A DNA stretch of 64,000 nt from a bacterium (GCA_965213625.1 CBDBZU010000004.1:2688001-2752000); one strand, 5' to 3'. Positions 27,385-37,366 are shown, counted from the stretch's first letter. Translations and numbers: made by a program. Notes: generated by a model from the letters alone, not told the origin.

Positions 27385-28287
27385 CTAACGGTTCATGCGA
27401 CCGGGCCTGCGCCGGTTCACTTTCTTGATGTGTTTTGCGATGTATTGAACGAGGGCGGGGTTTCCGATAAGCAAGGATTGCCGCCACTTGCGGGCGGCGT
27501 CCAGGTCTTTCGGTGTGTTCTCCCCGGAGAAGAAGCAATCCAGCTCCCGCCATTGGTTCGTGCGGTCACGCCGGGCGAGTGTCATGCCCCCAGCCTCTTT
27601 CACAAGAATCGCGCCCGCCGCCACGTCCCAGATGCTGGGAACGCCGAAGAGCGTATAGTGCAGGCCTCCGCGCGCCACGAGGGCCTGCTCGTAGCACATC
27701 GATCCGGTGGCGCGTACCTCGCCCAGGTTCTTTTTGAGCGGCCCCGTCGGGCGGAATTGCGTCCAGTAGGAGCCGGGCAGGGCGGCGATGCGCTTTCCGG
27801 TGGGTTTGTCCTCTTCCGCCACTTCGATCCGGTGCTCGTTGCGGAACGCTCCGCCGCCCTCAAATGCATGGTAGATGGTGCCTTTGTCCTCGGGCGTGAA
27901 AATGGCGCCCGCAATTGAGCGCCCGCGCTTCAAGACCCCCACGGAACAACCCCAGACGTGCAATCCGTTCAGGAAATTTTTCGTACCGTCGAGCGGATCC
28001 AGAACCCACAAATATTCGGGCACTTCTCGCGCACCCTGTTTTTTTGCCTCTTCCTCGTCTTTGGGTTTTTCCTCGCCCAGTACGCCATGCGCCGGAAATT
28101 TTTTGTTTATCGCTTTCGTGAGAAACTCCTGGCTTGCGCGGTCGGCTTCGCTCACCGGGTCGGTTTCGGCCTTGTTCTTATAGTCCACCGCCACCTGCTT
28201 GCCGAAAAGCCCCATCAGGATTTCTCCCGCCTCGCGGGCGATTTGAGAGGCAGACTCGGCCAGGGCCTGAGAAGTAGGGTCGCTCAT
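27385..28287 (-). CDS. Inositol monophosphatase family protein (SuhB-like)
   Basis: DPVSEAD, GEE, WVLDPLDGTKNF, WDVAAG. Confidence 0.92.
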   Translation of the reverse strand: MSDPTSQALAESASQIAREAGEILMGLFGKQVAVDYKNKAETDPVSEADRASQEFLTKAINKKFPAHGVLGEEKPKDEEEAKKQGAREVPEYLWVLDPLDGTKNFLNGLHVWGCSVGVLKRGRSIAGAIFTPEDKGTIYHAFEGGGAFRNEHRIEVAEEDKPTGKRIAALPGSYWTQFRPTGPLKKNLGEVRATGSMCYEQALVARGGLHYTLFGVPSIWDVAAGAILVKEAGGMTLARRDRTNQWRELDCFFSGENTPKDLDAARKWRQSLLIGNPALVQYIAKHIKKVNRRRPGRMNR

Positions 28288-29333
28288 TATTCACGCTCCA
28301 GCGGGGGGAGGTCGAGCCTTCGGGCGATTTCATCGAGTTCGTCGAGCCGCTCGGCCGATAGCTCGAACCCGTCGCGTCGGCGCTTCGTCTCGCTTTGATG
28401 TTCGATTTCGCCCGGAATGAAAATCGTCTCCACGCCCGCCGCCTTGGGCGTTGCCTTGATGATGGAAATAAAGGCGTTGGCGGCGGCCTGGAATTGCGAC
28501 AATGGCAGCAGCGCTTCGACGTTGACGGCGGCGAAAATGCTCGTGACGCGGCTTTTCCCATGAAACTCGTTGATGCCCACGATCTCGTGGCTGTGGCCGC
28601 CTCCCGCGAGGGAGCCCAAGATGGCGTCGATGGCGATGGAAAGTCCACTCCCCTTATAGCCCGCAATCGGAGAGAGAAGTGAGCTTTCGAGGACTTGGTG
28701 GGGGTCGGTAGTGGGTCTTCCCTCTTTGTCCAGCCCCCAGCCCTCGGGGATGAGTTCACCCGCGCGCGCCGCCTCGATAATGTAGCCTCGCGCCACGACG
28801 GAAAGCGCCATGTCCAGCACCATGGGCGGGTCGCTTGGCAGAGCGACCGAGATGGGATTATTGCCGATCTTTGGTTCTTTTCCTCCCGCAGGGGGCAAAA
28901 CGCGCAGCGTGTTCGTCGTCACGAGGCCCACCATGCCCGCTTCGGGAGCCATGGCAGCGTACGTGGCTGCGGCGCCGAAATGGTTGCTCTCCTTGAGCAG
29001 TACGACGCCCACGTTGTGGGTTTGGGCGCGGGCGATGGCTTCTTCCATCGCGCGTTTGGAAACCACCTGACCCATGCCGTTGTCACCGTCTGCTAGCGCC
29101 AGGGCGCCTGCGTCTTTGACGACTTTGAAATTCGGAGTCGGATTCGCCAGGTTGACCTCCAGGCGTCTGGCGTAGTGCGGCATGCGGATTACGCCGTGGC
29201 TGGTGACGTCGCGCAACTCGGCCGTCACAAGCGTCTCCGCAGTCCATGCCGCATCATCCACCGGCATACCGAGCTTGGTGAAGACCCGGTTCAGGAAGAC
29301 TTGAAGCTTTTCGCCAGTCGTGTGTCCGCTCAT
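28287..29333 (-). CDS. Ldh_2-family (AllD/ComC/YiaK-like) oxidoreductase
   Basis: SHGV, DGDNGMG, SNHFG, GNNPI, DMA.S, YKGSGL, IPGE. Confidence 0.92.
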   Translation of the reverse strand: MSGHTTGEKLQVFLNRVFTKLGMPVDDAAWTAETLVTAELRDVTSHGVIRMPHYARRLEVNLANPTPNFKVVKDAGALALADGDNGMGQVVSKRAMEEAIARAQTHNVGVVLLKESNHFGAAATYAAMAPEAGMVGLVTTNTLRVLPPAGGKEPKIGNNPISVALPSDPPMVLDMALSVVARGYIIEAARAGELIPEGWGLDKEGRPTTDPHQVLESSLLSPIAGYKGSGLSIAIDAILGSLAGGGHSHEIVGINEFHGKSRVTSIFAAVNVEALLPLSQFQAAANAFISIIKATPKAAGVETIFIPGEIEHQSETKRRRDGFELSAERLDELDEIARRLDLPPLERE

Positions 29334-29906
29334 TCAACCCTCACGCGTGAACAGATAGGCCATTCCGTGCCGGACGTGTTCGCCCGCGTCTACCTCGCTC
29401 AGAAAATCTGCCCGCGAAACCGACCAGCGGTTCACCTCGCTCAATTCCCGTACGTCCCAGCCGGGCGTACCCCAAAGCGCATCGCTCCCTGCGTAGCCCG
29501 GTCCCTGCTGCACCACCGCCAGATACCAGTGGATGCTCCTCGTGTCCAATATTTGTTTCTCGGCGCCCGAATCAAACGGCAGCCAGCAGGAGAACACGAA
29601 ATCAGGCGTATGGGCGAGGAGCGCATCCCGCGCGTCCAGGGTTTCGACTCTATCGCTTCCGGCCGGGTCGGTCAGTTTCAGGTTCACGCCACGCGCCTGC
29701 AGCGCTTTTCCTATCGTGGCGTCGCCGGCCCCCACTTCCAGAGGCGATTCGGGAGCGAGGGCTAAAATTTCCTTTGTCAGCGCATCCAGCCATTCGACCA
29801 CGGGTAGCTGAAAGAGGTTTTCCCTCTCACAAAATGCGAGCCAGCCGTCCTTTCGTTCCACTTCTGCAAGCTTTGCGATCGCCTCGGCGTAGGGGAGTGG
29901 ATTCAT
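29334..29906 (-). CDS. Hypothetical protein, possible SAM-dependent methyltransferase-like fold
   Basis: LEVGAGD motif-I-like segment; co-oriented and abutting the Ldh_2 gene. Confidence 0.55.
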   Translation of the reverse strand: MNPLPYAEAIAKLAEVERKDGWLAFCERENLFQLPVVEWLDALTKEILALAPESPLEVGAGDATIGKALQARGVNLKLTDPAGSDRVETLDARDALLAHTPDFVFSCWLPFDSGAEKQILDTRSIHWYLAVVQQGPGYAGSDALWGTPGWDVRELSEVNRWSVSRADFLSEVDAGEHVRHGMAYLFTREG

Positions 29907-30028
29907 CTCTTAAACCCCGGGCGAGGAGAATTTTCGCCACTCTCTGGAAGGAGGTAAATCGCCTCTGTGAGAGAATTCACCCGCAACGTCTCTCCGAAAG
30001 TATCCTCTTGGGGCCTGCTATGAATCTC

Positions 30029-31237
30029 CTAGACGCTGGGCCCAATCCTGTTGATGGCGAAGGCGTTGTCCTCATGCAGGATTTCGGCCTTCGTCATTTT
30101 TCCGCTCGCGACGTCTATTACTTCGTCATAGACGCGCCGTCCGGCCACCTCAATGGGCGCGCCCTCGAAGATGTCCGTCACGTCCACATCCGTGGTGTCG
30201 GCCTGAAGCCTCGCTGAAAGTGGATTGCCGGTGATGCGGATGGTACTCATCAGAGGGTGGTTGATTGTATGGCCGCCGCCCGTGGAGAAGATGAGCACCT
30301 GCGAGCCGCCCGCTGCGATGCCGGTAATAGATTCTCCCCCGTGGCCCGGGGTGTCCATCACGTGGAGTCCGCTTCTGCGGTTCGCGCGTTTCGCCCACGG
30401 GATCACGTCCACGATGGGGGCCGAACCCGCCTTCTGGATGGCGCCCAGGGATTTTTCTTCAATCGTAGTCAGGCCGCCCTCCATGTTATCGCCCGTGGGC
30501 TGGCTGCCCCTCAGGTCGACGCCGCAGGCGAGGATGCGCTCTTCCATTTCCTCCACCATCCTCCAGATGCGCTTGCCCAGGGCAGGCCTTACGCATTTGT
30601 CGGCCAGAACGCCCTCGCCGCCCATCATCTCCGTGGTTTCGGCCAAAAGCGCGCGGCCGCCCTGCTTGACGACCTGGTCCGTCACCCAGCCGGTGGCCTT
30701 ATTATGCGAGAGCCCCGACGTGGTGTCCGACGTTCCGCAGTTGAGACCCAGCAGGAGTTTGCTCAAGGAAACTTCCTGGCGGCGTTCGTTCGTGAGTTCC
30801 CTGAGCATCTCCATGCCGATGCGCGTGGCCTTGGCGGTGGCGTCTATTGCGCCGCCGTCTTCGCGGATGTTGATCGCCTCCACCCGTTTTCCCGTTTTGG
30901 CGATTTCATGGGCGATTTCGTCCGCCGTGCAGCCTTCCTCGCGGTGATGATCGATGACGATGACGGCGCCCGCATTGGCGTTTTGTCCATGTCCGACCAA
31001 GGTCTCGAACGTGCGCTGGATGTCAGGGCCGATCTGGCAGCGTCCCAGCGGATGGGTGAGGGCGACGCTATGCCTTAAGGTCCTCGCCACGCGCTCGCAA
31101 GTAGGGTTCGCGTAAAGTGTGCCGCTCAGTAAAAGGAGATAGTTTCTCGCCCCAACGTCTCCGTTTTCCCTGGGATATCCCCACCAGGTATTTCTCAGGC
31201 GTTTCGATTTTGCGCCGCTTCCGTTTCTTCTGGCCAT
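30029..31237 (-). CDS. UxaA/SuyB-family hydro-lyase/sulfo-lyase, large subunit
   Basis: GY.RENG.VGARN, HPLGRCQ, CGTSDTTSG, ETTE, GN..GGLTTIEEKSLG, MDTPG, FSTG.G. Confidence 0.9.
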   Translation of the reverse strand: MARRNGSGAKSKRLRNTWWGYPRENGDVGARNYLLLLSGTLYANPTCERVARTLRHSVALTHPLGRCQIGPDIQRTFETLVGHGQNANAGAVIVIDHHREEGCTADEIAHEIAKTGKRVEAINIREDGGAIDATAKATRIGMEMLRELTNERRQEVSLSKLLLGLNCGTSDTTSGLSHNKATGWVTDQVVKQGGRALLAETTEMMGGEGVLADKCVRPALGKRIWRMVEEMEERILACGVDLRGSQPTGDNMEGGLTTIEEKSLGAIQKAGSAPIVDVIPWAKRANRRSGLHVMDTPGHGGESITGIAAGGSQVLIFSTGGGHTINHPLMSTIRITGNPLSARLQADTTDVDVTDIFEGAPIEVAGRRVYDEVIDVASGKMTKAEILHEDNAFAINRIGPSV

Positions 31238-31252
31238 CGTGAACCTCCTTAT

Positions 31253-31546
31253 CTACGCGAGGTCGCCGCGGCCGCGGGCGCTCTCTATGTTATGTACGTG
31301 AATGTAGTCGCCTACTTTGATATCCTTGCTCGCCACGCCGATGGACAGGCCGTATTTCATACAGTGCTCGCCCTTTTTCAGCGGCTTGATGCAGATTTTA
31401 TGGATGTAGGGAATCGCTTGGTTGGCCTTGAGCGTCTTGCCCATCTTTCCATTAAGCATGAGGCGGACGGAGCTTCCCTTCGCCACTTTTTCAAGACAGG
31501 TGGCGACGTTGTCTCCCTCTTCGATGATCATTGCAGTTACCGGCAT
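31253..31546 (-). CDS. UxaA/SuyA-family small subunit (SAF domain)
   Basis: DNVAT, IPYIHK, KYG..IG.A..DI..G..IHVHN. Confidence 0.9.
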   Translation of the reverse strand: MPVTAMIIEEGDNVATCLEKVAKGSSVRLMLNGKMGKTLKANQAIPYIHKICIKPLKKGEHCMKYGLSIGVASKDIKVGDYIHVHNIESARGRGDLA

Positions 31547-31687
31547 GTCTTCTCCTCAAAAATTCAGGGCGCGAATAATCCTCGCACCCAGTCATGTGAT
31601 GGATTTGTAAGGAACGTCCAATCAACGAGCCATAAACCTAGCGCATGGGGGCCAACACTTCAACAATGGCGGGGGTTTTCATCACGC

Positions 31688-32737
31688 TCAGCCCCCGGAC
31701 AAGTGGGCCACGCCGACATCTTCCGCTATCCGGTCCATATCCTGCGCGAGCGCTTCTTTGATTATGATGCCCTCAGACAATGCGGCACGGTATCTACGGT
31801 GAGCTCCTTCGCCGGGGATGCGGATTTCATCGAAGCCGGGCGCCAGCCCCGACGCCTTGATGCGCGTCACGGCCTCATCCACCGACGCCTTGTAATCGCC
31901 GCCCAGGCATCTCTCCGGGTCAATCGCCATAGCGAACATGGGAAGGCCGAAGGGCTTGTCCGTTTCCAGCCAGTCGGGCTGATCGGCGTCAAAACCGTTG
32001 CCGCTCAAAGCCCCTGTCAGGAAGGTGAACATGAGCGCCAGGCCGTATCCCTTGTAATCGCCCAGGGGAAGCATGGTTCCCTTGGCTGCGAGTGCGGCAT
32101 CCGTGGTCGGGTTGCCCGAAGGATCCAGCGCCCAGCCTTGGGGAATCGGTTCTCCCGTTCTGGCGGCGAGCAGCACGTAGCCTCTCGCCACCTTGGATGT
32201 AGCGATGTCGAAGAGGATGGGATATTCCTGGCTTGAGGGGACTGCGAAGGCCACCGGGTTGTTCCCGATCATTCTCTCGAAACCACCCCACGGAGCAAGA
32301 TTTCCCACCGCGCCGCTGATGACCATGCCGATCATACCGTGTTCGAGCGCCATGGCGGCGAAATAACCGATGTGGCCGGTGTGGGAGGATTTTCTGATCG
32401 CGGCAGCGCCGATGCCGCCGGTTTGCGCCTTCTCGATGGCGACTTCCATGGCGCGCCGTGCGACGACGGCGCTCATGCCGTAGTCACCATCGAGCAGAGA
32501 GTAAGCGGGCAGATCGGTGATGGTACGCACATGAGGTTTCGGGTTCGCCGTCCCTTTTTTGAGACGCTCCACGAAAACCCCGAATCGAACGCACCCGTGG
32601 GAACTCACGCCCCTCAGTTCGGCATCCACAATCTGGGCTGCACACGCATTGGCGTCAGATTCAGGCAGATCGAGGGCGCAGTAGACGCGCGCTAGGTAGG
32701 CGTGGAGGTCTTTCGCTTGAACCTTGATGTCCGGCAT
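31688..32737 (-). CDS. Ldh_2-family oxidoreductase (ComC-like candidate)
   Basis: RGVSSHG, SSHTG, GNNPVAF, DIATS, YKGYGL, RIPGE; start MPDIKV after a GGAG RBS. Confidence 0.9.
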   Translation of the reverse strand: MPDIKVQAKDLHAYLARVYCALDLPESDANACAAQIVDAELRGVSSHGCVRFGVFVERLKKGTANPKPHVRTITDLPAYSLLDGDYGMSAVVARRAMEVAIEKAQTGGIGAAAIRKSSHTGHIGYFAAMALEHGMIGMVISGAVGNLAPWGGFERMIGNNPVAFAVPSSQEYPILFDIATSKVARGYVLLAARTGEPIPQGWALDPSGNPTTDAALAAKGTMLPLGDYKGYGLALMFTFLTGALSGNGFDADQPDWLETDKPFGLPMFAMAIDPERCLGGDYKASVDEAVTRIKASGLAPGFDEIRIPGEGAHRRYRAALSEGIIIKEALAQDMDRIAEDVGVAHLSGG

Positions 32738-32863
32738 GTTTTCTCCTTGCGCGTGCTCGATGGACGCGCGCAAACAAACCCCCGCCTTGTCTTGGCGGAT
32801 GGGGAAAAGAGTGTTAAGAGCTATTGCGGTGAGTTTGCCTTTACAAGTGGAGGGATCGCAAGC

Positions 32864-33952
32864 ATGAAAGCGTGGCGATTTTACGCCTTTGGCGATATGA
32901 GGTTGGATGAAGTGCCGGACCCGGAGGTGAAGCCGGGTTGGGCGCTGTGCAAGGTGCGGCGGGTGCAGCCGAGCATCACCGACGTGCAGAGGTCTTTGGG
33001 GGTCGGGACCATCAATTCGGCGCTTTTGCGAGAAATGCTCGAAAAATACGCGCCCGTGCAATTGCTGGGGCACGAGATGAGCGCGGAAGTCGTTGAGGTG
33101 GGCGATGGCGTCGAGCATTTAGCACCGGGTGACAGGGTGTGCACCTCGGGCCACGTACCGTGTCTCGCGTGCAGTTTCTGTCGCGAGGGTCGGGAGATGT
33201 ACTGCATCGACAAGCTGCATGTGGGCATCAACACGCCGGGTGCGTTCGCCGAATACATCGCGCTTCCGGCGCACGGCCTCGTGAAGCCCCCCCAGACGCT
33301 GGACGATTCTTCCATTGCCTGCCTGCAGCCGTTTTCCTCCACGGTTGCCGCCATGCGCGACTCGAAGGTTCAGCCTGGCGAGACGGTGGCCATCACCGGT
33401 CAGGGGGTCATGGGTCTCTACACCTTACAGGCCGCACGCACCTGCGGAGCGGGCGCCGTCTACGTGAGCGACGTGAAGGACGAAGCGCTCGCATTGAGCC
33501 GCAAGTTCGGTGCGGACGAAATCATCGACGCGAGAGTCGACGATCCGGTAGAGAGGGTGATGGAGATAACGGAGGGCAGGGGCGTCGACCTCGTATTCGA
33601 GTGCGCTGGGGGCAACGCGGAGCAGGGACTATCGGGCCACACCACGCTTCACCAGGCGACGCGCATGGTGCGCATCGGCGGGCGCGTGCTCCAGATCGCG
33701 GGTCTCATCGGAGATGTGAAATTCGACCCGGTTTTCATGCGCGCACAGGGAATTCAGTGGATTTTTCCGGAAGGTCACGGCGCGGACACAGTAGCTCTGG
33801 GCGGAAAATGGGTGGCCAGCGGAAGGATCGACGTGAACTCTCTCATTACGCATGAGGAGCACGGAATCGAAAACCTGCCCCGAGTGATGGAGATCACAAA
33901 TAAGAAGGCCGAATACCGGGCGACGAACCCTTGCCAGCTCGTGCTGGCTTAA
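32864..33952 (+). CDS. Zinc-type (MDR) alcohol dehydrogenase family protein
   Basis: GHE, CLACSFC...C structural Zn site, GAFAEY, GQGVMG, GRGVD.VFECAG. Confidence 0.9.
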   Translation: MKAWRFYAFGDMRLDEVPDPEVKPGWALCKVRRVQPSITDVQRSLGVGTINSALLREMLEKYAPVQLLGHEMSAEVVEVGDGVEHLAPGDRVCTSGHVPCLACSFCREGREMYCIDKLHVGINTPGAFAEYIALPAHGLVKPPQTLDDSSIACLQPFSSTVAAMRDSKVQPGETVAITGQGVMGLYTLQAARTCGAGAVYVSDVKDEALALSRKFGADEIIDARVDDPVERVMEITEGRGVDLVFECAGGNAEQGLSGHTTLHQATRMVRIGGRVLQIAGLIGDVKFDPVFMRAQGIQWIFPEGHGADTVALGGKWVASGRIDVNSLITHEEHGIENLPRVMEITNKKAEYRATNPCQLVLA

Positions 33953-33998
33953 TGAGCAGTATTTCATCGTTTATTCATGATTTACTAAGGAGAATAAG

Positions 33999-34787
33999 AT
34001 GGACCTTGGTTTGACGGGAAAGATCGCCATCGTAACGGGAGCGAGCCGGGGCATCGGCCGCGAATGCGCTATCGCGCTGGCGAAAGAGGGTGCTCGCGTG
34101 TGCGTCACGGCGCGCGATGAGGCGCTTTTGTCTACGGCGGTGGAAGATGTGAACGCCGCAGGGGGTGAGGGCATGTTTGTTTCCTCCGATCTGAATTCAC
34201 TCGATGGCTGCAAGAAGGTGGTCGATGCGTGCGTCTCGAATTTCGGCGGTGTGGACATTCTCATCAACAGCGCGGGCGCGGCACGGGGTGGAGACATTCT
34301 TGAACTCGACGCGGAGTTTATCACTGAAGCGCTCACGCTCAAGACGTACGGGTATCTGCGTATGTCCCAGTTGGTGATTCTCCACATGAAGAAAAACGGC
34401 TGGGGCCGCATCGTGAACATCGCGGGCGGTGCGGGCGCGAGTCCCGCGCGGGGGAACATCCCCACGAGCGCGGCGAACATCACGGTGCTCAACAACACGA
34501 GAGCGCTCTCGGACGCCGTAGCGGGAGACGGAATTCAGGTGAACACCGTGTGTCCGGGCATGACGAATACGCAGCGCGCTCGCGACCTCATGCAGGGGCC
34601 TGCGGATAAAGCCGGCAAGGATGTCGAGGAATTCTTGAAAGATGTCGGCGCGAGGACGCCTGCCGGAAGAATCGCCGAGCCCGAGGAGGTGGCGAACGTC
34701 GCCACGTTCCTGGCCTCCGCCGCGTGCTCTTACGTGAACGGCAGTTCCATATACATGGATGGCGGCAGCCGCAGGGCGACGCCGTAA
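33999..34787 (+). CDS. Short-chain dehydrogenase/reductase (atypical catalytic motif)
   Basis: TGASRGIG, DILINSAG, GRIVNI, VNTVCPG; TSAAN in place of YxxxK. Confidence 0.88.
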   Translation: MDLGLTGKIAIVTGASRGIGRECAIALAKEGARVCVTARDEALLSTAVEDVNAAGGEGMFVSSDLNSLDGCKKVVDACVSNFGGVDILINSAGAARGGDILELDAEFITEALTLKTYGYLRMSQLVILHMKKNGWGRIVNIAGGAGASPARGNIPTSAANITVLNNTRALSDAVAGDGIQVNTVCPGMTNTQRARDLMQGPADKAGKDVEEFLKDVGARTPAGRIAEPEEVANVATFLASAACSYVNGSSIYMDGGSRRATP

Positions 34788-34808
34788 ACGACGCTGCGCG
34801 CCTTTTTC

Positions 34809-34848
34809 TCCTCCGGGCGGGAATTTCAAGCCGCCCGGAGGATTTTTG
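34809..34848 (+). terminator. Intrinsic terminator after SDR
   Basis: TCCTCCGGGCGG-N10-CCGCCCGGAGGA followed by TTTTT. Confidence 0.7.
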
Positions 34849-34873
34849 TTAGTTATAAGGGATGAGACAGAAG

Positions 34874-35946
34874 ATGGCGAAACTTTTCGATGCGTTTTCT
34901 TTGCGGGGTGTCACGCTCAGAAACCGGATTTGCGTGTCCCCCATGTGTCAGTATAGCGCGGATGACGGCAAGCTTACCGAGTGGCACCTCGTGCACCTGG
35001 GCGCCCGCGCGGTCGGGGGTGCTGGTCTGGTGCTGGTCGAGATGACGAACGTGGAGGCGCGCGGACGCATTACACACGGTTGCTCGGGCATCTGGTCGGA
35101 TGATCACGTCGAGCCGCTGGCGCGGGTCGCGCGGTTCGTTTCCGGCCAAGGAGCCGTCGCCGGGATTCAGATAGGACACGCGGTCGCAAGGGTAGTTGCG
35201 CGCCCACCTGGGAGGGCGGGGGCTATCTCTCGGATGAGGAGGGCGGCTGGGGGATCGTGGCGCCGAGCGCGGTTCCGTTTCACGAGAAGGCGCGCGTGCC
35301 CAAGGCGCTGAGCCCCGATGAGATCGCTGGGATTCAGGAAGCGTTCCGTCAGGGCGCGAGACGCGCTGATGAGGCGGGTTTCGGGTGGCTCGAGATTCAC
35401 GGCGCGCACGGGTATCTCTTCCACAGTTTCCATTCTCCGGTTTCAAACCAAAGAGAAGACGACTACGGCGGCAGTTTCGAGAACCGTATACGTTTCACGT
35501 TGGAGACGGTTCGAATCGTGAGGGAACAATGGCCGGAAGAGAAGCCGCTGGCCATCCGCCTCTCGTGCACCGACTATTTCGAAGGCGGCTGGACGCTCGA
35601 TGAAACCATTGAGTTCGCAAAAATTCTCAAGATCGAAGGAATCGACCTCATCGATTGCAGCGGGGGCGGGGGAACGCCGCTGGCGAAGATTCCCGTGGGT
35701 CCGGGTTATCAGGTGCCGCTATCGCAAGCCGTGCGTTCGGGGGCCGATATACCCACAGCCACGGTGGGCATGATCACCCAGGCGTGGCAGGCGGATCAGA
35801 TTGTCCGAAACGGGGAGGCCGACATCGTATTCATGGCGCGTGAGATGCTGCGCGAGCCCTACTGGCCGCAAAAGGCGGCCGCCGCACTCGGCGTGATGGA
35901 TGAGGCCTATGTCGCTGACCAGTACCACCGCGCCCACGGGAGGTGA
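34874..35946 (+). pseudogene. NADH:flavin oxidoreductase (Old Yellow Enzyme, YqjM/NamA type) interrupted by a 1-nt deletion (or sequencing error)
   Basis: N-half RNRICVSPMCQYS...GIQIGHA; C-half EIHGAHGYL..F, YGGSFENR.RF, PGYQV. Adding one G at ~35182 restores HAGRKGS. Confidence 0.85.
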
Positions 35947-36020
35947 CGTCTAAGCCGCGAACCATCAGATTTTTCCTTATCCTGGCGCCCATTGGCTTTA
36001 CGGCTTCTCCCGCCAATACA

Positions 36021-36050
36021 TTGACAAGGCTCAAGGGGCCGTGTTGTAAT
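36021..36050 (+). promoter_or_regulatory. Sigma70-type promoter of the Liv-type operon
   Basis: TTGACA, 18 bp spacer, TGTAAT with an extended -10 TG. Confidence 0.55.
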
Positions 36051-36107
36051 TTTCGGACTGCCAAACAACCGAATAACAGGGTTCACATCCACACGGGAGA
36101 AAAGTCG

Positions 36108-37292
36108 ATGAACCACATTTTTTCGCGCTTTTTGAAACGCGCCACTTTCTGGGTTGCGCTCGTCGTAGCGATTGGTTTGCTGGGCGGCCCGATCGCCAGT
36201 GACGCGTCAGCGGCCAAGAAGAAACCGCTTCGCTTCGGGGTCGCCGATCCGTTGACCGGGCCCGCCGCAATTTTCGGCAAGGACCAGATGCAGGCGGTCC
36301 GCTGGGCGGTCGAGGACATCAACGCCAAGGGCGGCGTCAACGGTCATCCGCTCGAAGCCATCATTCTGGATCACCAGGCGAAGCCGGAGGTCGGCATCGC
36401 GGTGGTCAACCGCTTCGTCCACGTGGAGAAGGTGCCCGTGTACATCACCGCGTTCAGCAATGTGGTCAAGGCGGTCGCGCCCATCGCCAACCGCGAGAAA
36501 GTGCTGATGCTGAGCGTGGGTGCAAACGCGCCGGCCATCGCTCGGCTGGGCGATTACGTCTATACGACCTTCCCGCTGGCGGACGTGGACATGAACGCGC
36601 TCGGCAAATACGCCTTTCAGAAGATGGGCAAGCGCCGCGCAGCCGTCTTGCACGTGAACCACGAGACGGGCAGGGACGGGGCCAAAGTCTTCAGCAACAG
36701 CTTCAAGAAAGCCGGCGGTAAAGTTGTCGTATATGAATCCTACGAGCAGGAGCGTTCGGACTTCACCGGTCTGGTGCTCAAGGTGAAGGCGGCGAATCCC
36801 GACATCATCCACATCCACAGCGTGATCCGTGATTTCACGGCCGTCGTCGCGCAGATGCGCCAACTCGGCGTGAAGACCCAGATCACCAGCTACCAGACGG
36901 CTTTCAACCCCAAGATGATCGAGCAGTTGGGCAAGGGTGCGGAGGGCATCATCGTGACTGCGCTGGCCCCCAGCGTGGAGGACAACAAGAACCTGCCCGC
37001 CTATATTGAGCGCTGGAAAAAGGCGTACAAACGGATGCCCATCGGGCTGCCCTATACGCAGTATTTCTACGATGCGCCATACATCGTGGCGGCGCTCTAC
37101 AAGTGGGTGCTGGACAAGAAACTGCCGATCACCGGCGAGAATATGCGCAAGGCGCTGGTGGCGATAAAGACATTCGAGCAGCCATTGACCAATTCGGTGA
37201 CCATCAACGACAATCACACGGTCAAGAAGCCGGTCTACTTCTGGCAGGTGAAGGGCGGTAAGTTCACGCTTATCGGCTCCCAAAAGGATTAG
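36108..37292 (+). CDS. Branched-chain amino acid-type ABC substrate-binding protein (LivK/LivJ family)
   Basis: Signal peptide, PLTGPAA..G, INAKGGVNG, DFT.LV.KVKAANPD. Confidence 0.92.
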   Translation: MNHIFSRFLKRATFWVALVVAIGLLGGPIASDASAAKKKPLRFGVADPLTGPAAIFGKDQMQAVRWAVEDINAKGGVNGHPLEAIILDHQAKPEVGIAVVNRFVHVEKVPVYITAFSNVVKAVAPIANREKVLMLSVGANAPAIARLGDYVYTTFPLADVDMNALGKYAFQKMGKRRAAVLHVNHETGRDGAKVFSNSFKKAGGKVVVYESYEQERSDFTGLVLKVKAANPDIIHIHSVIRDFTAVVAQMRQLGVKTQITSYQTAFNPKMIEQLGKGAEGIIVTALAPSVEDNKNLPAYIERWKKAYKRMPIGLPYTQYFYDAPYIVAALYKWVLDKKLPITGENMRKALVAIKTFEQPLTNSVTINDNHTVKKPVYFWQVKGGKFTLIGSQKD

Positions 37293-37310
37293 CCCAGTAT
37301 GTATTCTTTG

Positions 37311-37338
37311 GGTGGGCGCGCCGACGGGCGCGCCCACC
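37311..37338. repeat. Perfect 12-bp GC hairpin between substrate-binding and permease genes
   Basis: GGTGGGCGCGCC-GACG-GGCGCGCCCACC. Confidence 0.75.
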
Positions 37339-37366
37339 GGGATTTAATCGGGTGTGACGTCAAGCC

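Noticed and set aside
35170-35260. Programmed ribosomal frameshift in the OYE gene
   Set aside because: No slippery heptamer or stimulatory structure at the shift site; a simple 1-nt deletion explains it.
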